Made by a program: the position numbers and the translations under genes. This document shows, one piece after another, positions 1 through 8,611 of a DNA stretch of 39,225 nucleotides. The notes beneath the pieces were generated by a model that saw only the letters and a program-made list of their open reading frames with translations, had not been told where the DNA came from and made no database searches. Within the stretch, counting starts at the first letter, position 1, and every line of letters starts with the position of its first letter. The stretch lies in assembly GCA_049976365.1 (NCBI GenBank), contig JBMFIJ010000002.1, positions 1 to 39,225 of the forward strand, read 5' to 3'. Origin of the DNA: Candidatus Aenigmatarchaeota archaeon. GTDB lineage: Archaea > Aenigmatarchaeota > Aenigmatarchaeia > CG10238-14 > SpSt-28.

Positions 1-87
1 GAAACTCTGAAATCAGAGAAAACTGCAACAAAAAAAGGAATACAAAAAACTGAAAAGAAAGGGTTTTTAGAAATTTTTAAAAGATAG
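1..87 (+). CDS. 3' end of an unidentified ORF entering from upstream of the window (partial)
   Basis: Frame 1 is open from the window edge to TAG 85-87 (...ETLKSEKTATKKGIQKTEKKGFLEIFKR*). The other two + frames hit stops within about 50 nt. It is too short to assign a family. Confidence 0.3.
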   Translation, partial: ETLKSEKTATKKGIQKTEKKGFLEIFKR

Positions 88-148
88 AGGAAATTGTAAT
101 TTTGTTTTTAGAAAGCACAAATTTTTATATCCTTACTTAAAACAAAAG

Positions 149-1648
149 TTAAGCAATATCAATTATCCACTTGCAAAAATCGTCAATACTGCTGAATACT
201 TTAACAGTTTTATCATCAAAAGCAAATTCTACCTTATTTTCAACGGGAGTTAGTCCATAAGAAGAATAAAAGCTTTCTACCAAGGCTTTTATTCTTACGC
301 ATTTTTCGTAATCAGAATTTGCTCTAAACCAGTTTTCCCTTATTCTTGTTTCTCCTTGATCAAAAAAAGCAAAAGTTGGATATTCAGACTCAAAATAAAG
401 AATACAAAACGTGGTAAGATGTCTATATAAGCCTATGTTGAAACATTTTAAACTTGAATTATACGCCTTAAATAAAGATAAAAGAGTTGTAGAAAAATCT
501 TCACAGTCTCCATATTTTAAATTTAATGTTTCGTTTGGAAACTGCCAGTAATTTCCAAATTCGAATCTGTATCTTACTTCGCTTTCTAATCTTCTTTTTA
601 TATAATCCAAAGCATCATATTCAAAAGAAGGAATGAGAGATTTAAATGAATCTAAAAACCATCTTACATCATCTGGCCTAACATAATTAGTTAACTCTAA
701 GTAATATTCTGGAGAATGAAAATCTTTATCTGAAATATTTAAAACGAGATGAACTACTGGAGAAGATTTATCTAAAGAAATATTACTCCAGTAGAAAACT
801 GCTCTAAAGTCGTCTGGAACGTCTAAAATTTTACAACTAGAATTTTTCAAGCTAAAGATTAAGCTTATGTTTCCATAAAAACTGTCATTCAAAAAAAGTT
901 TACCGCTATTTACAATAAAATTGGAGAAGCTACCATTTAGAAAGAATAAATAAGCTATGCCATTTATACTTTCACATATCTTGCTTTCATCAGAAAATAA
1001 AATCTTATAGTTATTTAATGGAAACAAAGCCGTAGATGGTTGATTTTCTAAAATTGATATGTTAGTTTCTAATTTGTTTAAATTCCTCAAATCTGCTCCT
1101 TCTAATTCATTAGTACTTTTATTGTTTGAAAAAAGTAGAAAGGCTATTATAGCGAGGGTTAAAAACATCACTATAATAATTGTTGCAGACACTCTCGGTT
1201 TTTTCTCTACCTTTTTAGGAATTATAGTAACGGACTCTTTGATAGTAGCAACTTTGGGTTTCTCCTTTTTTTCTTCAAGCTCCCATTTTTTTAATTCATT
1301 CCCTTTCAATAGATCCATTAACTGAAAAAACTCTTCCCTCTTTCTTTCTTCTTCAAGTTTAAGTTTTTTTAAATACTCTCTAGACCATACCAAATCTGGG
1401 TGTCCGTTAGGCTTTCTCCATTCCTCATAAAGAATGTCTCGTAATACGGGATTGTTTATGTTATCTATATCGCTCCTTAATATAGCTATTCTAGGTTCAA
1501 TATGTTTTTCGCAAAAATATCTTCCACAATAAGGACATTTATATAATCTTTTCTTTGAAGAATCGTTTTCCCTAACTTTACACTCCGGACAAACACCAAC
1601 AATAAAATCTTTTCTTTTTTTATTTGGTTTTTCCTTGCTTTTACCCAT
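149..1648 (-). CDS. Membrane-anchored transglutaminase-like (Cys-His-Asp) protein with N-terminal AN1-like zinc finger
   Basis: 499-aa ORF. The N-terminus has CPEC-x13-CPYC-x4-CEKH (AN1-like Cys/His spacing). A single TM helix follows (VSATIIIVMFLTLAIIAFLLF). The C-terminal part has YGDCEDFS ... YRHLTTF ... FFDQGE, spaced like the transglutaminase-like cysteine protease core. Confidence 0.75.
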   Translation of the reverse strand: MGKSKEKPNKKRKDFIVGVCPECKVRENDSSKKRLYKCPYCGRYFCEKHIEPRIAILRSDIDNINNPVLRDILYEEWRKPNGHPDLVWSREYLKKLKLEEERKREEFFQLMDLLKGNELKKWELEEKKEKPKVATIKESVTIIPKKVEKKPRVSATIIIVMFLTLAIIAFLLFSNNKSTNELEGADLRNLNKLETNISILENQPSTALFPLNNYKILFSDESKICESINGIAYLFFLNGSFSNFIVNSGKLFLNDSFYGNISLIFSLKNSSCKILDVPDDFRAVFYWSNISLDKSSPVVHLVLNISDKDFHSPEYYLELTNYVRPDDVRWFLDSFKSLIPSFEYDALDYIKRRLESEVRYRFEFGNYWQFPNETLNLKYGDCEDFSTTLLSLFKAYNSSLKCFNIGLYRHLTTFCILYFESEYPTFAFFDQGETRIRENWFRANSDYEKCVRIKALVESFYSSYGLTPVENKVEFAFDDKTVKVFSSIDDFCKWIIDIA

Positions 1649-1682
1649 ATGGATATTAATTAGATAAAAATTAAAGCATCTC

Positions 1683-2531
1683 TTAGCTCTTTAGACTTAT
1701 TAAATTGGTTTTTCCTCTTTTTTCAACTTTAATTAATCCTCTCTCAGCAAGTTTATTTACAACTCTAGAAACTCTGGCCTTTGAAAAACCAGTAATTTGA
1801 ACTATTTCATTCTGTTTAATTTTTCCTTTTTCCTTAACAACCTCATAAACTTTTCTTTCATATTCATCCAAGAACTGAACAACAACCTTTTCTGGCTTTA
1901 CTCTAACAATTTTTTTGATAACAACTTTCCTTTTCTTTAAAGCATAAACTGAAACAATTAAAGTAATTGCAATCAAAACCAAAACAATTAAGTAAAACTT
2001 GCTAAAAGTTTCTGGGGAAGTTACTGATTGGTATTTAACCCTAAAAGTCAAAGGTTGCAAACTTGAAACATTTTCGATTTCCCAATAAACTAAAATGTTT
2101 CTACCATTGCTCAAAGTCTTAAAGTTTGATGGATAAACAGAATTTGTTTCATTTTCTAAAATCATTCCAACTGGTAAAGTAACTATTGAAGTTACTCTCT
2201 TCACATCTTCACTAATTTCAAGTGTTATAGAAAAAGAGTAAGTATTTCCAGCTTTAGAAACTATGTCTGAAAATATTTGAACATTCATAGAAGTTTCGTT
2301 TTCAGTTTTACATTTAACTAATTCTCCTTCAACTAGACAGTTAACATTGCTTGATATATTCCTTATAACTCCATAAAACTTGAAGGAAAATTCCTTTGCT
2401 TTATATATTGTTAATTTTATGTTTGCTGAATTTTCGCTAACAATTTGAGAATCTATTCCAAAATAATCAATTTTAGCAAAAGCTATACTGAAAGTTAAAA
2501 GAAAAGCTAAAAGCAATGCAAGCTTTTTCAT
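1683..2531 (-). CDS. Membrane protein with extracytoplasmic N-terminal domain and cytoplasmic C-terminal winged-helix (MarR/TrmB-like) domain
   Basis: 282-aa ORF. It has a signal-like N-terminus (MKKLALLLAFLLTFSIAFA) and an internal TM helix (FYLIVLVLIAITLIVSVYAL). The C-terminal wHTH reads EIVQITGFSKARVSRVVNKLAERGLIKVEKRGKTNLISL. Confidence 0.75.
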   Translation of the reverse strand: MKKLALLLAFLLTFSIAFAKIDYFGIDSQIVSENSANIKLTIYKAKEFSFKFYGVIRNISSNVNCLVEGELVKCKTENETSMNVQIFSDIVSKAGNTYSFSITLEISEDVKRVTSIVTLPVGMILENETNSVYPSNFKTLSNGRNILVYWEIENVSSLQPLTFRVKYQSVTSPETFSKFYLIVLVLIAITLIVSVYALKKRKVVIKKIVRVKPEKVVVQFLDEYERKVYEVVKEKGKIKQNEIVQITGFSKARVSRVVNKLAERGLIKVEKRGKTNLISLKS

Positions 2532-2669
2532 AAATTTATTTAAATTTTTAGTTTATAATTTGCTTAAGAACTGGAGTTACAAATTTTGAAAATATCCAAA
2601 ATCTTTCCTTAGCATTTTTTTATGTCTATCTTATGGAAAACAATTTAACTCAAGAAAGTTAATAGGTAT

Positions 2670-2840
2670 ATGGAAAGAGAAGATAAAATTTTTTTGATCT
2701 CAGTTTCCTCAGCTGTATTTTTTTCTCTTCTTCTCTACTTTTTAACAAAAAATTATGCTCTTAGTATTCTTTTAAGCACATTAATTGCTGTTACACTGGG
2801 TAATTTTCCTTTTAAGAGTGAAAAAATGAAAGAGAAATAA
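2670..2840 (+). CDS. Possible small two-TM membrane protein (56 aa)
   Basis: ATG 2670 to TAA 2838-2840, below the ORF-track cut-off. Translation: MEREDKIFLISVSSAVFFSLLLYFLTKNYALSILLSTLIAVTLGNFPFKSEKMKEK. It fills an otherwise empty 388-bp gap. No family is recognisable. Confidence 0.3.
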   Translation: MEREDKIFLISVSSAVFFSLLLYFLTKNYALSILLSTLIAVTLGNFPFKSEKMKEK

Positions 2841-2919
2841 AAAATATAGAAGTAAAGTCAAAAGAGCTGGATGTGAAATTAAATTTGCTATGGGAAGATT
2901 TCAGAAAAAAGAAAAAGCT

Positions 2920-3348
2920 TTAACTTTTCGCTATTACTACTCCACCAATACCTTGAGCAGCAAATCTATGAATTAAATCAGCAACTGTATTCATTATTGT
3001 TTGAATACTCCCACTAGAAATTTTCAAGCTCTCTGGCTCTAAAACTTCTATAGCAGAAGGAGCAAAAAATATTGTTACATAAAGTAAAGTTTCTATATCC
3101 TTGGTTAAAATTTCTATTTCAACTGCTTTAGAAAATCCTTTTTCTACATTTGGTAAAGGCTTTTCAACTTCTAAAGTTTCTTTATAATCTTCTTTAACAA
3201 CAATACAATTTTCTAACTTCTTCAATTTCTCTATATGTTTTTTCAAACTTTCTTCAGCTGCTTCCTTACTAACTGCTAAAACATCAAACCAAGCTTTAGA
3301 AAGTATCCAACCTTTCTGAATTTTTTCTCTTACCTCTCTTTCTTCCAT
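2920..3348 (-). CDS. Hypothetical protein (142 aa), family not recognised
   Basis: Clean ORF with normal K/E/I-rich composition, 6 nt downstream of the radical-SAM-like gene on the same strand, so probably co-transcribed. I could not identify any motif. Confidence 0.6.
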   Translation of the reverse strand: MEEREVREKIQKGWILSKAWFDVLAVSKEAAEESLKKHIEKLKKLENCIVVKEDYKETLEVEKPLPNVEKGFSKAVEIEILTKDIETLLYVTIFFAPSAIEVLEPESLKISSGSIQTIMNTVADLIHRFAAQGIGGVVIAKS

Positions 3349-3354
3349 GAAAGT

Positions 3355-4329
3355 TCACTCCAAAACAAAGTTATGTTTTGCTCCACAAACTGGGCATCTA
3401 TCATTACTTAAATTAATTGATTTAACTTTATTTCCCATTCTCTCAACAAGCAAAGTCCCACAATTATGACAATATGTGCCTTCCATGCTAACGTCTCTTA
3501 TTCCATCAACATAAACATATCTTAAGCCTGCATCTTTACTGACTTTGAAATAATCCTTAAGTTTTGTTGAATTCAATTTAGAATTTCCTTTCAAAATGTG
3601 AAAAGGTGTTTCTGCACCTAAATTAGCAACAACCCAATCAGCAAGCTTCTTACAATCCTCTAAGCTACCATAATTGTTTTGTAAAATATTGCTAACCTCT
3701 ATAAAAACTCTGTACTTTGCAAAAAGCTTAACCATATCATAAACCTTTTCTACTTTTTTGATCAAAGTCTCTTTCTTATAATATTCTTCATTTCCAGAAG
3801 CAAAGAAATAGACTGCCAATGCATCAGTATATTTAGAGATTTTTTTAATTGGATCTTCCGCTATTAAACCTGAAGTTGCTAAAATTGTCTTTAAGTTTCT
3901 TCTCTTTGCTTCTCTGAAAACTTTAACAACATATTCATAATGGCCAACAAATTCTGAATGAGTAAAAACTATTGACTGAACATCATTTTGTTTAGCATAA
4001 TCAACAAGCTCTTCTGGCTTAAAAACTTTTTTTAAACTTTTAACCTCTGGCAAAATCTTAAAACTTTTTGGTGCTTTAAGACTAACTGCTAAAACTTTTG
4101 AATTTGGTAAAAAATTGAAGAAATTCCTTTCTTCTATTCTATTAACTTCTAAACCGTCAATAGCTCCATAATCTTTAATAATTAGCTCATCATTTTTGTT
4201 TTGTCTAACCTCACATAAACCAGTTTTGCCTTTAGGAATGCTGCAAGACAAAACACAAACTTTACATTTTATTCCTTTTTTATCTCTCTTCCAAAAAACA
4301 GTTTCCCTTTCCTCTTTGTATTCTACCAT
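3355..4329 (-). CDS. AmmeMemoRadiSam-system radical SAM enzyme homologue that lacks the CX3CX2C cluster motif
   Basis: 324 aa. The N-terminal motif is CKVCVLSCSIPKGKTGLCEVR. IEERNFFNFLPNSKVLAV matches the family's PIEKKPLFHF.PGS..LS segment. The C-terminal zinc ribbon is CHNCGTLLVERMG...CPVCG. Where CNFxCxxCQN is expected the protein reads SLKAPKSFKILPE, with no Cys. Confidence 0.75.
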   Translation of the reverse strand: MVEYKEERETVFWKRDKKGIKCKVCVLSCSIPKGKTGLCEVRQNKNDELIIKDYGAIDGLEVNRIEERNFFNFLPNSKVLAVSLKAPKSFKILPEVKSLKKVFKPEELVDYAKQNDVQSIVFTHSEFVGHYEYVVKVFREAKRRNLKTILATSGLIAEDPIKKISKYTDALAVYFFASGNEEYYKKETLIKKVEKVYDMVKLFAKYRVFIEVSNILQNNYGSLEDCKKLADWVVANLGAETPFHILKGNSKLNSTKLKDYFKVSKDAGLRYVYVDGIRDVSMEGTYCHNCGTLLVERMGNKVKSINLSNDRCPVCGAKHNFVLE

Positions 4330-4390
4330 AAAAATTATTGTTTTCTGTAGATATAACTTTTTCAGAAAGAAATAATTACTAGATACAAAA

Positions 4391-4463
4391 GCCCTGGTAG
4401 CTTAGCTGGTAAAGCGCCCGCCTCGTAAGCGGGAGAACGAGGGTTCAAATCCCTCCCAGGGCT
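4391..4463 (+). tRNA. tRNA-Thr (anticodon CGT)
   Basis: Cloverleaf folded by hand: acceptor GCCCTGG/CCAGGGC, D stem GCTT/AAGC, anticodon stem CCCGC/GCGGG with loop CTCGTAA, variable AGAAC, T arm GAGGG-TTCAAAT-CCCTC, discriminator T. No CCA is encoded. It is a GC-rich island in AT-rich DNA. Confidence 0.95.
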
Positions 4464-4598
4464 TTAATCTAGAAATCAAACTTTAAAATTTTTTGAAGAC
4501 ATAAGCAAAGGTTTGAAGAAAGTATTTAAATTAATGAAGAGAAATGGTATGAAAATAAAACTAACAATGTTTTAAATCTAACTTCGTAAATTTTCTTA

Positions 4599-5453
4599 AT
4601 GTTTTGGAAAAAGTTCAAGATAGCAAAACTATTACCAATACCTTTAGCTTTAATAATTTTCTCTTTAATTGTGATATCCAATCATTATTTAAAAACGGGC
4701 GAGTTTTTCATAAAGGATATTGATTTAAAAGGAGGAACATCAGTTACTCTTTTCTTTAATCAATCGATAAATACAGAAAATTTAGAAGAAATTTTAAGAC
4801 AACAATATGAGAATCTCTTCTTCTCTTACTCAAAAACATCAGAAGGAACAATAGCAGTTAATTTTGTCACAGACTCTATTGTTAATAGTAGCTCTTTAAT
4901 CTCTTTCTTGAATGAAAAAGGATTTTATCCTCAAGACCATTCAATTCAGTTTGTTGGCCCAGAATTAGGAAAATCTTTCTTTGTTCAAATAACAAATTTA
5001 CTGATTATTGCATATGTATTTCTCTTTCTACTCAATTTGATAATTTATAAAAAACCAGTAATTGCAGTAACAATAATTCTTTCTTCAATTGCAAACTTAA
5101 TTTGTGTTTTCGGAATAATGACTTTCTTTAACCAAAGATTTTCATTTGCTGGATTTTCTTCTCTTTTAATGCTCATTGCTTTTGGAATAGACGCAAATGT
5201 AATACTAGCAACTAAAATTCTCTCCGGAAAAATAGAAGAATTTTACGATCAATACAAGAAAGGTTTAATAACTGGAATAACAATAAATTCTGGCTTAATA
5301 ATTTCTATGTTAATAGTCCTTTTCCTTTCAAACTCAAACCTTTTAATAAACATAGCAGAAATACAAATAATTGGTTTTTTTGCTGATATCCTAAACACTT
5401 GGATTTTAAACGCCGCAATAATAGAGGTGATATTACTTGGAAAAAGACATTAG
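4599..5453 (+). CDS. secF: Protein-export membrane protein SecF
   Basis: 284 aa. An N-terminal TM is followed by the periplasmic DIDLKGGTSVTL motif, then a C-terminal block of multiple TM helices. It overlaps the downstream secD by 17 nt, the usual archaeal secF-secD order. Confidence 0.9.
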   Translation: MFWKKFKIAKLLPIPLALIIFSLIVISNHYLKTGEFFIKDIDLKGGTSVTLFFNQSINTENLEEILRQQYENLFFSYSKTSEGTIAVNFVTDSIVNSSSLISFLNEKGFYPQDHSIQFVGPELGKSFFVQITNLLIIAYVFLFLLNLIIYKKPVIAVTIILSSIANLICVFGIMTFFNQRFSFAGFSSLLMLIAFGIDANVILATKILSGKIEEFYDQYKKGLITGITINSGLIISMLIVLFLSNSNLLINIAEIQIIGFFADILNTWILNAAIIEVILLGKRH

Positions 5454-7221
5454 GTTAATAGCGTTAGCTTTTGTAGTTTTGATTTCTTTAATATCTTTAT
5501 CTAGAATATTCTTCCAAAAAAGTTGGGTAGAAGTTTCATTCATTAATGAAAGCGCTAAATGTGAAAATCTTCAAGTAGGAAGCAAAATTAGTGAAATAAA
5601 CAATATTCAAATTAAAAGTTTGGAAGATTTCAAAAGTGCTATAAGTAACATAAAAAAAGGAGAAAATGTTCTTATAATTGCTAATGGCCAAATAGCTTCA
5701 TGTATAGCAACAGATGATAAAAATCCTGGATTTAACGTTAAAGAAGGTAAAACTAAAGTTTTGAATTTTGGAATTGACATTGAAGGTGGAACAAGAGTAT
5801 TGTTAAAAGTTAAAGGTAATGCAACTGAAAAAGAAACTCAAGATATAGCAACTATTCTAACTGAAAGATTGAATGCTTATGGTTTAAGTGACATAAAAGT
5901 TTTACCAGTAAGCCAAAATTTAATTCAAATAGAAGCTGCTGGTCTAACAGAAGATGATATAAGAAACTTTTTGGTTAAGCAAGGTTACTTTGAAGGAAAA
6001 ATTATTGAAGATATTCCTTTGACTAATGGTAAAGGAAAGTTAATTTTCAATGGAACTTCAATTGAAATTAGCTTTTCAAACGAAACAATAGAAATATTAA
6101 ACAAAACTTACCCAATTAACGAAAGCTTTTACTTAGGAGATGTGAAATTTGAAGTTATTAATGCAACGGAAGACAATTTGATTTTGGCTGCAAACGTATT
6201 TACCGCTAAAGATATTGTTGAAATATTTACGGATGTTCAAAGAAATTATATTGTTCCTTATGCTGATGGTTATAGATTCGTCTTTACTGTTAAAATTAGT
6301 AAAGAAAGCGCAGAAAAATTTGCAGAAGTTACAAAGGGGCAACCAACTTATTATTCAGGTGGCCAGCTGTATATAAAACCAAAGCTTGTTTTATACTTAG
6401 ATAGAAAGCCAATAACTGAATTAAACATTGTTAGTAACATTGCTGGAGAAGCTTTAGAAACTCCTTCAATAGAAGGTTTTAGAAAAAGCTTAGATGAAGC
6501 AAGATTGGAAAAATTAAGACTTGAAAGTATTCTAAAATCTGGAAGCTTACCAGCTGAATTAAGTATTGAGAGAGTTGAAACAATAACACAAACTGAAGGA
6601 AAAAAACTTTTTGAATCAACTGTTTATATTTTGATAGCAAATTTCATTGCTGTTTTAGCTTTAGGTTTAGTAAGATACAAAAATATTAAAATTGGTTTAC
6701 TTATTCTCTTTGTTAGTATTTGTGAGTTAATTCTAATTTTTGGAGTCGCTTCTTCACAAATTGTAGCAGCAATTATAATTGTTCTCTCAATTATTTTAGC
6801 TATAGTTTACAAGGAAATTAATTCTCTAGTTAGAGCTTTAACAGTTTTTGTCTCAATTTTGGTTTCTGGTTTTGTTGTAATTGGAAAATGGACTATTGAT
6901 ATACCTACAATTGCTGGTTTAATTTCAATAATTGGTAATTCTGGGGAACTAATAACTTTAACTGATCAATTAATGCTTGAAAAGAAGAGAAGATTGGAAG
7001 AAAATATAGAAACTGGTATGGAAATTGTTTTTAATTCTTCCGCCTTACTAGTTTTTGCCATGCTTCCTTTAGCTTTCCTTGGTCTAGGAAGTCTAAAAGG
7101 TTTTGCAATAACAACAACTTTAGGAACTTTGATAGATCTATTTCTAACAAGACCTGCATACATGAAGCTTATAGAAAGTATTTTTAGAAAGAGGGTAGAG
7201 GAAGATTTTAAAAAACAATAA
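5437..7221 (+). CDS. secD: Protein-export membrane protein SecD, with an extra PDZ-like segment near the N-terminus
   Basis: 594 aa. It has an N-terminal TM, the FGIDIEGGTRVLLKV motif, a large periplasmic domain and a C-terminal six-TM-like block ending TRPAYMKLI. Residues ~40-95 (LQVGSKISEINNIQIKSLEDFKSAISNIKKGENVLIIANGQ) look PDZ-like. Confidence 0.9.
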   Translation: MEKDIRLIALAFVVLISLISLSRIFFQKSWVEVSFINESAKCENLQVGSKISEINNIQIKSLEDFKSAISNIKKGENVLIIANGQIASCIATDDKNPGFNVKEGKTKVLNFGIDIEGGTRVLLKVKGNATEKETQDIATILTERLNAYGLSDIKVLPVSQNLIQIEAAGLTEDDIRNFLVKQGYFEGKIIEDIPLTNGKGKLIFNGTSIEISFSNETIEILNKTYPINESFYLGDVKFEVINATEDNLILAANVFTAKDIVEIFTDVQRNYIVPYADGYRFVFTVKISKESAEKFAEVTKGQPTYYSGGQLYIKPKLVLYLDRKPITELNIVSNIAGEALETPSIEGFRKSLDEARLEKLRLESILKSGSLPAELSIERVETITQTEGKKLFESTVYILIANFIAVLALGLVRYKNIKIGLLILFVSICELILIFGVASSQIVAAIIIVLSIILAIVYKEINSLVRALTVFVSILVSGFVVIGKWTIDIPTIAGLISIIGNSGELITLTDQLMLEKKRRLEENIETGMEIVFNSSALLVFAMLPLAFLGLGSLKGFAITTTLGTLIDLFLTRPAYMKLIESIFRKRVEEDFKKQ

Positions 7222-7252
7222 TTTAAAACTTTGTAGAAAAAATATTTTAGAA

Positions 7253-7359
7253 GCCCCGCTCGTCTAGTCCGGTCAAGGATACAGCCCTTTCGAGAAGAAA
7301 GGTTTGATAAAAATATGAGAAGAAAGGCTGGGACACGGGTTCAAATCCCGTGCGGGGCA
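7253..7359 (+). tRNA. tRNA-Glu (anticodon TTC) interrupted by a ~32-nt intron at the canonical 37/38 position
   Basis: Acceptor GCCCCGC/GCGGGGC, D arm GTCT-AGTCCGGTCAA-GGAT, anticodon stem CAGCC (7282-7286) / GGCTG (7326-7330), loop CTTTCG...A, 4-nt variable GGAC, T arm ACGGG-TTCAAAT-CCCGT, discriminator A. The anticodon-stem halves pair only after removing ~32 nt. The spliced length is 75 nt. Confidence 0.9.
7293..7324 (+). other. tRNA-Glu intron (boundary ambiguous by 1 nt)
   Basis: Sequence agaagaaaggtttgataaaaatatgagaagaa lies between nt 37 (g7292) and nt 38 (a7325). It contains GAAAG complementary to the anticodon-loop CTTTC, as expected for bulge-helix-bulge formation. I did not fold it computationally. 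Confidence 0.7.
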
Positions 7360-7493
7360 ATATTCCTTCAACTCTTTATAAAAAACTAACAAATTAACTT
7401 TGAGTAGAGAAGGAATTAAGCCATAAAAAAAGTAAAATTTTGATTCGATAAAAAGCTCAAAGAAGTTTAAAACTGAAAAAATAAAATTAACTA

Positions 7494-8171
7494 ATGAAAA
7501 TTGTCGCTATTGGTTGTATACATAACGATATCGAAATACTTCCAAAAATTTTCGATAAGCTTTCTTCTTACAATCCAGATGTTCTAATTTCAGTTGGGGA
7601 TATAACAAATGCTACTTTCCCAAAAGGGTTTGAAGCAAAGGATGTAGGAAAAATTTTCCTGGAAGAAGCAAGAATTTATTTCAAAAACATATTAGTAGTA
7701 CCAGGAACTTGGGATAAGGATTTGATACCATTATTTGAAAAAGAAAACGTTTCAATTCATGGAAAGGGAAAAATTATTAAAAATATTGGTTTTTATGGTT
7801 TCGGTGGGGCTCAAACACCCTTTAATACTCCTTACGAACCTTCTGAAAAAGAAATAGAGGAAGGTTTAGAAATAGCATTCAATCAAGTTAAAGAAACAAA
7901 AATAAAGATTCAAGCAACACATGCTCCTCCTTATCAAACAACTTTAGATTTAGTTGGTATAAAACATGTTGGTTCTCAAGCAGTAAGAAATTCAATTGAA
8001 AAATTTAATCCAAACGTTGCAATATGCTCTCATATTCATGAAAGTGTTGGAAAAGATGTTATCAAAAATACAATTGTTCTGAATGTCGGTAAACTAACTG
8101 AAGGTTATTTTGGTTTAATTGAGATTGAAGATAATAAAATTAAGGCTGAAATTGAAAGAATTTTAGATTGA
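7494..8171 (+). CDS. Calcineurin-like metallophosphoesterase
   Basis: 225 aa. The ordered motifs are IGCIHND, VGDITN, PGTWD, ATHAPP, GS..V and CSHIHES, which is the classic metallophosphoesterase motif series. Confidence 0.85.
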   Translation: MKIVAIGCIHNDIEILPKIFDKLSSYNPDVLISVGDITNATFPKGFEAKDVGKIFLEEARIYFKNILVVPGTWDKDLIPLFEKENVSIHGKGKIIKNIGFYGFGGAQTPFNTPYEPSEKEIEEGLEIAFNQVKETKIKIQATHAPPYQTTLDLVGIKHVGSQAVRNSIEKFNPNVAICSHIHESVGKDVIKNTIVLNVGKLTEGYFGLIEIEDNKIKAEIERILD

Positions 8172-8239
8172 ATTAATGTTTTGTAAAAATGTTTTGAAGA
8201 ATAGAAAACAATTTAAATAAGTTATTACAATTTTTAATC

Positions 8240-8611
8240 ATGAAAGATTTACCTTCTACAACTCTAGCTCTAAAAGAAAAAGAATCTATTAATTTGAGTT
8301 TAATAGCAAAATTTGATGTTATAACAGTTAAAATCTTACAAAAATTTTATGGAAAGGAAATAGATCCATTAACATCTGAAATAAACTCCTTTGACCTCAA
8401 AAAACTACATAAGCTTTTAGAGATAGATGGATTAAAGATAAATATTGAAACTTTAAGAAAAAGATTAGACAATTTGGTTTCACTTGGTTTTATAGAAAAA
8501 ATCTCTACATATCCAAGAATATATTCAGCAGTAAAGGATATTGAAAAAATTAAAAACATTCAATCAAAAATTTCTCTCCTCCGATCCTTTTTTGAAGGAG
8601 AAAAACAGTAA
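8240..8611 (+). CDS. Hypothetical protein with probable C-terminal winged-helix domain
   Basis: 123 aa. ETLRKRLDNLVSLGFIEKISTYPRIYS resembles a recognition helix plus wing. No specific family is recognised. Confidence 0.55.
   Translation: MKDLPSTTLALKEKESINLSLIAKFDVITVKILQKFYGKEIDPLTSEINSFDLKKLHKLLEIDGLKINIETLRKRLDNLVSLGFIEKISTYPRIYSAVKDIEKIKNIQSKISLLRSFFEGEKQ

Noticed and set aside
1059-1325. 88-aa + strand ORF
   Set aside because: It is antisense to the transglutaminase-like gene and has shadow-frame composition.
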